A stretch of DNA of 64,000 nucleotides, taken from Dehalococcoidia bacterium. GTDB taxonomy: Bacteria > Chloroflexota > Dehalococcoidia > Lucifugimonadales > UBA3495. A program made the translations under genes and the position numbers. This document shows positions 59,769 through 64,000 of the stretch, piece after piece. The notes below the pieces were generated by a model. That model was not told where the DNA came from, did no database searches, and worked only from the letters and a program-made list of their open reading frames with translations. The stretch is taken from NCBI GenBank assembly GCA_965207275.1, contig CBDBMH010000002.1, positions 465,291 to 529,290 on the forward strand, written 5' to 3'. Positions within the stretch are counted from its first letter, which is position 1. Every line of letters starts with the position of its first letter.

Positions 59769-61799
59769 TCACCCGACCAGCTTACGCCGCTTCTCCACCA
59801 CCTGGAACCGCAGTTTCTTGTTCGGCTTCATCGACGGCAGCGGGGCGAACCCCAGCTTGTAGTCCCGGGGATACACGTCGATATTGAAGTAGTGCGCCAC
59901 CATCAACACGTTCACCGCCAGTTGCAGCTCCATCCACCGTGAACCCAGGCACCTGTGCGGCCCCAGCCCGTAGGGAGCGTAACCGGGACTGAAATGCTCG
60001 TTCCTCGGCGGCAAGTACCGGTCAATATCAAACTTGAACGGTTCCGGAAAGGCCTCGCTCATGTAGTGGGACGCCGACTGCGCAATAAACACCCTCGTCC
60101 CCACCGTAAGCTGGTAGTCCTCCACCACGCAGGAATTCATCACGTCCCGTATCGACATGGGGACTATCGGGTACATCCGCAGGCATTCCATCAGGAACCG
60201 GTGCGTCACGTCTATTGCCTCCGGGGTGAAGTCCGCCGGGTCCGGGTCCCCGTTGGCGAACAGCGCATCCGCCTCCTCTTGGATCCGCCGATACAGCTCC
60301 GGCTGCGAAGCCATGGCGTATAGCGCGAACGAATAGGCGTCACCCAGGTAAACGCTGGCAATCAGCGCCGCCGACAGGGCAAAACGAAGGTTTGCCTCGG
60401 GCACCAGCTGTGGGTCGCTGGCGTGCAGGCTTAGAATGTCATCCGCCAGGTCCCGCGGCGCCCCGGCCCGCTGTGCCGGCGTATGCACACCCTGGATCCG
60501 CTCCATGAGTTCATCAATGACCTTGGCACGCGCCTTCATCGCCGGTGTGCTGAGCATGAACTTCGGCAGCACCCTCACGATGTGGGTGTTCAGCGCCCGC
60601 TCCTTGAACTTGATCAGGTCTCCGATGATGTCCTGGGAGTCAACACTCACAAAAATGGGCGAAAGCTGCGCGTTGATCATGTATCGGCACAGCTCCGTCG
60701 CCGGAAAAATCCTCCCCTCCCGCCAGTCCGACATGAAACCCCTTGCCTGCTGGTAGACCTGGTCAATCTGCCCCATCAGCCTGCCCCGGGAATAAGCCGA
60801 CGCCAGCGATTTCCGCAGCCGGAAGTGTTCCCCGCCGTCCAACGAAGGCAACACTCCCGAAGCCCCGTACACCTTCTCGAAATCGCTAAAGTAGTTCCGC
60901 GCCCTCAGGTACATCCGCCCGTTGCGGTTGGCCCAGTGGTTGGTCTCCGGCCCCGCCAGAAACACCATCGGCTTGCTGAAGGGAGGCTTTACTTCAAACA
61001 CCGGCCCGTACTTCTCCGCCAGGTCCGCGAAAACGGCCGGCAGGTTGCCATTCCGAATATTCCGATTTAACGCCAGGTCCCGCAGCGATACCCTGGGTAT
61101 CTGTTTCGTGAACGCCGAATGGCGCATCATCGGCCCCGCCATGTTCACGGACACCGCCTCGGCAATCGACCGTCCGATCAGGTCCATTTGGCAGATGAAG
61201 TTGATCCTCTCCTCGGCGGCGTCATCCAGCTGGAACATAAACCGGAAAACGTCGCAGGTATTGATCAGGCAGATGATGATCACATCCCGCGGATCGGGGA
61301 TCTCGTTATTGAAAATCACCCGGCTCAACCGCGTCTTCACGAACTCCGTGGCGCTGCCTTCCCGCGAGGTTCCACTCCAACCTGCGCTCATGGCATTGGG
61401 TGTCAGCGTCCAGAAATCCCCGTCGTGGTGCTCCAGGATATTCAGCTCCACCAGCCGGTCCAGTGTAAGGTCAATTATCTCCTCGGCCCGGGGCGCCAGC
61501 CGCTCAATCCAGTACTGGGCAGTCCTCTGACCCGCGTCCCCTACTATCTCCGCCAGGATCGGGTCCAGGGCGGGATTCCCCGTGTCCATGGCGTCCACCA
61601 GGTACAGTGAGCGCGTGTCCGTGTCGATACGGTGCTGCAGGGAAAGCTCCGCCAGCGCCGATCCAATAATCGCGCAATTCAGGTCCCACCCGGGCACCTG
61701 GTGAAAGTACCCACTCTCCTCGTTCAGCAGCGCGAGAATTAGCTCCTCGGGCAAATTCAGCTGTTGGCCCACCAGAAATTCGGTATAGGAAGTAGTCAT
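59769..61799 (-). CDS. GPP34 (GOLPH3-like) domain fused to a cytochrome P450
   Basis: The N-terminal ~230 aa read 'LPEELILALLNEESGYFHQVPGWDLNCAIIGSALAELSL', which is GPP34-like. The C-terminal P450 has ExxR 'ECLRMYP', 'PEPFKFDIDRY' and heme loop 'YGLGPHRCLGSRW'. The start is taken at ATG 61799, because the upstream extension is Arg-rich. Confidence 0.75.
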   Translation of the reverse strand: MTTSYTEFLVGQQLNLPEELILALLNEESGYFHQVPGWDLNCAIIGSALAELSLQHRIDTDTRSLYLVDAMDTGNPALDPILAEIVGDAGQRTAQYWIERLAPRAEEIIDLTLDRLVELNILEHHDGDFWTLTPNAMSAGWSGTSREGSATEFVKTRLSRVIFNNEIPDPRDVIIICLINTCDVFRFMFQLDDAAEERINFICQMDLIGRSIAEAVSVNMAGPMMRHSAFTKQIPRVSLRDLALNRNIRNGNLPAVFADLAEKYGPVFEVKPPFSKPMVFLAGPETNHWANRNGRMYLRARNYFSDFEKVYGASGVLPSLDGGEHFRLRKSLASAYSRGRLMGQIDQVYQQARGFMSDWREGRIFPATELCRYMINAQLSPIFVSVDSQDIIGDLIKFKERALNTHIVRVLPKFMLSTPAMKARAKVIDELMERIQGVHTPAQRAGAPRDLADDILSLHASDPQLVPEANLRFALSAALIASVYLGDAYSFALYAMASQPELYRRIQEEADALFANGDPDPADFTPEAIDVTHRFLMECLRMYPIVPMSIRDVMNSCVVEDYQLTVGTRVFIAQSASHYMSEAFPEPFKFDIDRYLPPRNEHFSPGYAPYGLGPHRCLGSRWMELQLAVNVLMVAHYFNIDVYPRDYKLGFAPLPSMKPNKKLRFQVVEKRRKLVG

Positions 61800-62194
61800 G
61801 CCCGGTCTCCCAGCGTCCTCCGGACGCTTCCAATCAACTGTGGTACGCCCCCTCCGGAATGTTCGCCCGTCCCTCACGACGATAGCGGAAGTTCGAGCGC
61901 GTCTGTCAGTAACGCGCCCTTCCTGTCCCACATACCATTTGTGCTTACAATGCTAACCCATGCCAAATCATATTGCAAAGCTATATTCTGTGAAGGAATT
62001 CGCAATCTGGGCCGGATATCTGGGTTCTATTCCGCCGTTGTTCCTCCTACCATGGCCACGCCAATTGCCATCAAGGTGGCCACGGACACTGCCCTCCTTG
62101 ACAACCCGTTCCCCCTCTCTGACAATCACCTCGACCATCCCAACCAAACAGCAAAACAGCCGCCGGGAACATCCGGCGGCCGCAAGGAGTTTTC

Positions 62195-62992
62195 ATGACC
62201 ACCAGTTCCATAACCTGGACTCAAGAAATGGTAGAAGTGGCTGGTACCCGCATCAACCTGGTCAAGGGCGGGTCCGGCGACCCCCTGCTCGTCCTCCACG
62301 ACGAGATGGGCCACCCCGGCTGGCTCCGCTGGCACGAAGCCCTGGCCCAGGACCACACCCTCTACATCCCCTGGCACCCCGGCTTCGGCGAGTCCGAGCC
62401 CCTGGACTGGGTGATGAATCTCCACGACCTGGCCGTCTGGTACCTGGGCGCCCTGGACGACCTGGGGCTGGAGGGTGTGGACGTCATGGGCTTTTCCCTG
62501 GGTGGCTGGCTGGCCGCCGAAATGGCGGTGATGGACCCCCAGCAGTTCAAGCGTCTGGCCCTGGTGGGCGCCGCCGGTGTCCGCCCCCCGGAGGGCGAAA
62601 TCTACGACATTTTCCAGGTGGTGGCCAAGGTCTTCATCACCCACAGCCTCCACAACCCCGAAGCCGTCCCCGAGTACCAGGCCATCTGCCCCGACGAACC
62701 CACCGAGGAGCAGGCCTTCAACTGGGAGACCTCCCTGGAGGGCGCCTGCCGTCTGGCCTGGCGACCCTACATGCACTACCCGGCCCTGCCCAACCTGCTC
62801 CCTCGCCTCAAGCGCCTCCCCACCCTCATCGTCACCGGCGACCAGGACCCCATAGTCCCCCCCAGCGCCGCCCAACTCTACCACCAAAGCATCCCCAACT
62901 CCCGCCTGGAAATTGTTGAGAACTGCGGCCATAGGCCCGAGGTGGAACAGACGGAAAGGTTCGTGGAGGTGGTGCGGGGGTGGTTTGGGTAG
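62195..62992 (+). CDS. alpha/beta-fold hydrolase (BphD/MhpC-like)
   Basis: 'LLVLHDEMGHPGW', nucleophile elbow 'GFSLGGWLA', and C-terminal 'NCGHRPEVE' (catalytic His). AAGGAG lies upstream. Confidence 0.85.
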   Translation: MTTSSITWTQEMVEVAGTRINLVKGGSGDPLLVLHDEMGHPGWLRWHEALAQDHTLYIPWHPGFGESEPLDWVMNLHDLAVWYLGALDDLGLEGVDVMGFSLGGWLAAEMAVMDPQQFKRLALVGAAGVRPPEGEIYDIFQVVAKVFITHSLHNPEAVPEYQAICPDEPTEEQAFNWETSLEGACRLAWRPYMHYPALPNLLPRLKRLPTLIVTGDQDPIVPPSAAQLYHQSIPNSRLEIVENCGHRPEVEQTERFVEVVRGWFG

Positions 62993-63109
62993 GGGGACGT
63001 TAATAAACCTTTGGGCAAAGCACAACGACACTATTAACTATGAGCGTATGGGGATACTAAATGGCAAGTCTCAACTTCTATCCCCCTGAAACTGGTGAGG
63101 CAACGCAGT

Positions 63110-64000
63110 ATGAGCTCTGACTTCTTTTCCAAGCTAAGTGTTCCAGACGAACCGTCCAAGGCGATACATCCCATTGATATTTTTCAAGGGGCTAGAATTA
63201 GAGACACAAATATTAACGACCTTTGGTTAGCGCAAGGTGATGCACTACGTGAGTGGCATTCCCTAAGGGAGCAAGGCGACCTAGCTATTGTTCTTAACAC
63301 CGGTGCTGGCAAGACGTTGGTAGGGTTGCTCATTGCACAGTCATTGGTAAATGAAACTCAACGTCAGGTGGTCTACGCGTGCAGCTCAATTCAATTAGTG
63401 CAGCAAACGGCAGACAAAGCTGAAGGTTACGGCCTCCCGGTTACCACCTATTACCAACAGCAGTTCTCTACAGACAATCTCTATCAACGGTCGGAAGCAC
63501 CGTGCATCACCACCTATCAAGCCTTGTTTAACGGCAGATCAAGGTTTCGGAGAGACGATATTGCGGCTGTAGTTTTCGATGACGCTCATACTGTGGACAA
63601 CATACTAAGAGAGCAGTTTTCCTTGCATATAGTTAGGACAGAAATGCCTGAGTTATACAATCAACTGGTTGACTTGTACAGGCAGTATCATCATGCCATA
63701 GACCGAGCTACGAGCTACGATGACGTGTGTAAGGGAGTATCTGATAGAGAATTTTTCGTCCCCCCTTTCGAAGTATTGAACAGTGTAAGTGAGTTGCGAC
63801 GGTTGCTCAGAGAAGGCAATCTCAGAGACCAGAGTCGCACTAGATTCTCTTGGGAGCATTTGCAGGACCATGAAGACCTATGTTGTGTTCTAATTTCAAG
63901 AGAGTCAGTAACTCTGACTCCAGCAGTTGTCCCCACGTTCACCTTGCCTTACTTCGGAGAGAACGTACGACGCATTTATTTGTCGGCAACTCTGACAGCG
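63110..64000 (+). CDS. SF2 DEAH-type helicase, N-terminal part (runs off the window)
   Basis: The frame is open from ATG 63110 to the window end and is absent from the ORF track. Motif I is 'LNTGAGKTLVG', Ia 'VVYACSSIQLVQQ', Ib 'TTYQAL', II 'VFDDAH' and III 'LSATLT'. It lies in an AT-richer segment that begins right after 62992. Confidence 0.8.
   Translation, partial: MSSDFFSKLSVPDEPSKAIHPIDIFQGARIRDTNINDLWLAQGDALREWHSLREQGDLAIVLNTGAGKTLVGLLIAQSLVNETQRQVVYACSSIQLVQQTADKAEGYGLPVTTYYQQQFSTDNLYQRSEAPCITTYQALFNGRSRFRRDDIAAVVFDDAHTVDNILREQFSLHIVRTEMPELYNQLVDLYRQYHHAIDRATSYDDVCKGVSDREFFVPPFEVLNSVSELRRLLREGNLRDQSRTRFSWEHLQDHEDLCCVLISRESVTLTPAVVPTFTLPYFGENVRRIYLSATLTA

Noticed and set aside
63061-63120. 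19-codon ORF (MASLNFYPPETGEATQYEL*) overlapping the helicase start.
   Set aside because: It is too short and unsupported. I mention it only as a possible leader peptide in the helicase finding.
1-64000. tRNA, rRNA and tmRNA genes.
   Set aside because: A scan by eye for T-loop (GGTTCGAATCC-like) and acceptor-stem patterns found only matches inside coding regions. Nothing is supportable without tRNAscan-SE or Infernal.

Overview
High-GC bacterial chromosomal window, densely coding, with about 50 supportable CDS. The gene content suggests a marine Chloroflexota (SAR202/Dehalococcoidia-like) organism: several luciferase-like (LLM) oxidoreductases plus an F420:NADP reductase, amidohydrolase-2 enzymes, a cytoplasmic RdhA-like protein, and at least four families of intergenic palindromic repeats. 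That taxonomic call is inference only. Housekeeping and catabolic content includes a MoxR/VWA pair, a minus-strand organosulfur cluster (sulfite-oxidase-like Moco enzyme, cupin, four-domain rhodanese, cysteine-dioxygenase-like cupin), a glycoside hydrolase/GT4 pair, a 5-gene peptide/nickel-type ABC importer, a Rieske oxygenase and an MMPL/RND exporter. Main points of interest: (1) a deiodinase-like thioredoxin-fold gene with an in-frame TGA in the motif FGSYT-U-PPF and a hairpin just downstream, so a probable selenoprotein that the ORF track splits in two. (2) A complete 3.2-kb IS1595-family element with 23-bp perfect IRs and an 8-bp TSD, carrying a DNA methyltransferase fused to an HNH nuclease as cargo. 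(3) A complete IS1380-family element with 24-bp IRs and a 5-bp TSD. (4) A ZnuA-type metal-binding protein whose His-rich loop is replaced by an insert of about 400 aa flanked by two His/Asp/Glu-rich tracts. (5) A candidate lipid/sterol-type locus: MMPL exporter, ERG6/SMT-like C-methyltransferase, GPP34-P450 fusion and alpha/beta hydrolase. (6) An RdhA/QueG-superfamily Fe-S protein behind two amidohydrolase-2 genes. (7) A NYN-LOTUS protein with no canonical start codon and five exact-period 135-bp coding repeats. (8) A group II intron domain-V-like hairpin. (9) An AT-richer island starting at ~63.0 kb with an SF2 DEAH helicase that runs off the window. I found no rRNA, tRNA or CRISPR array. All family assignments rest on motifs read by eye and need HMM or BLAST confirmation.
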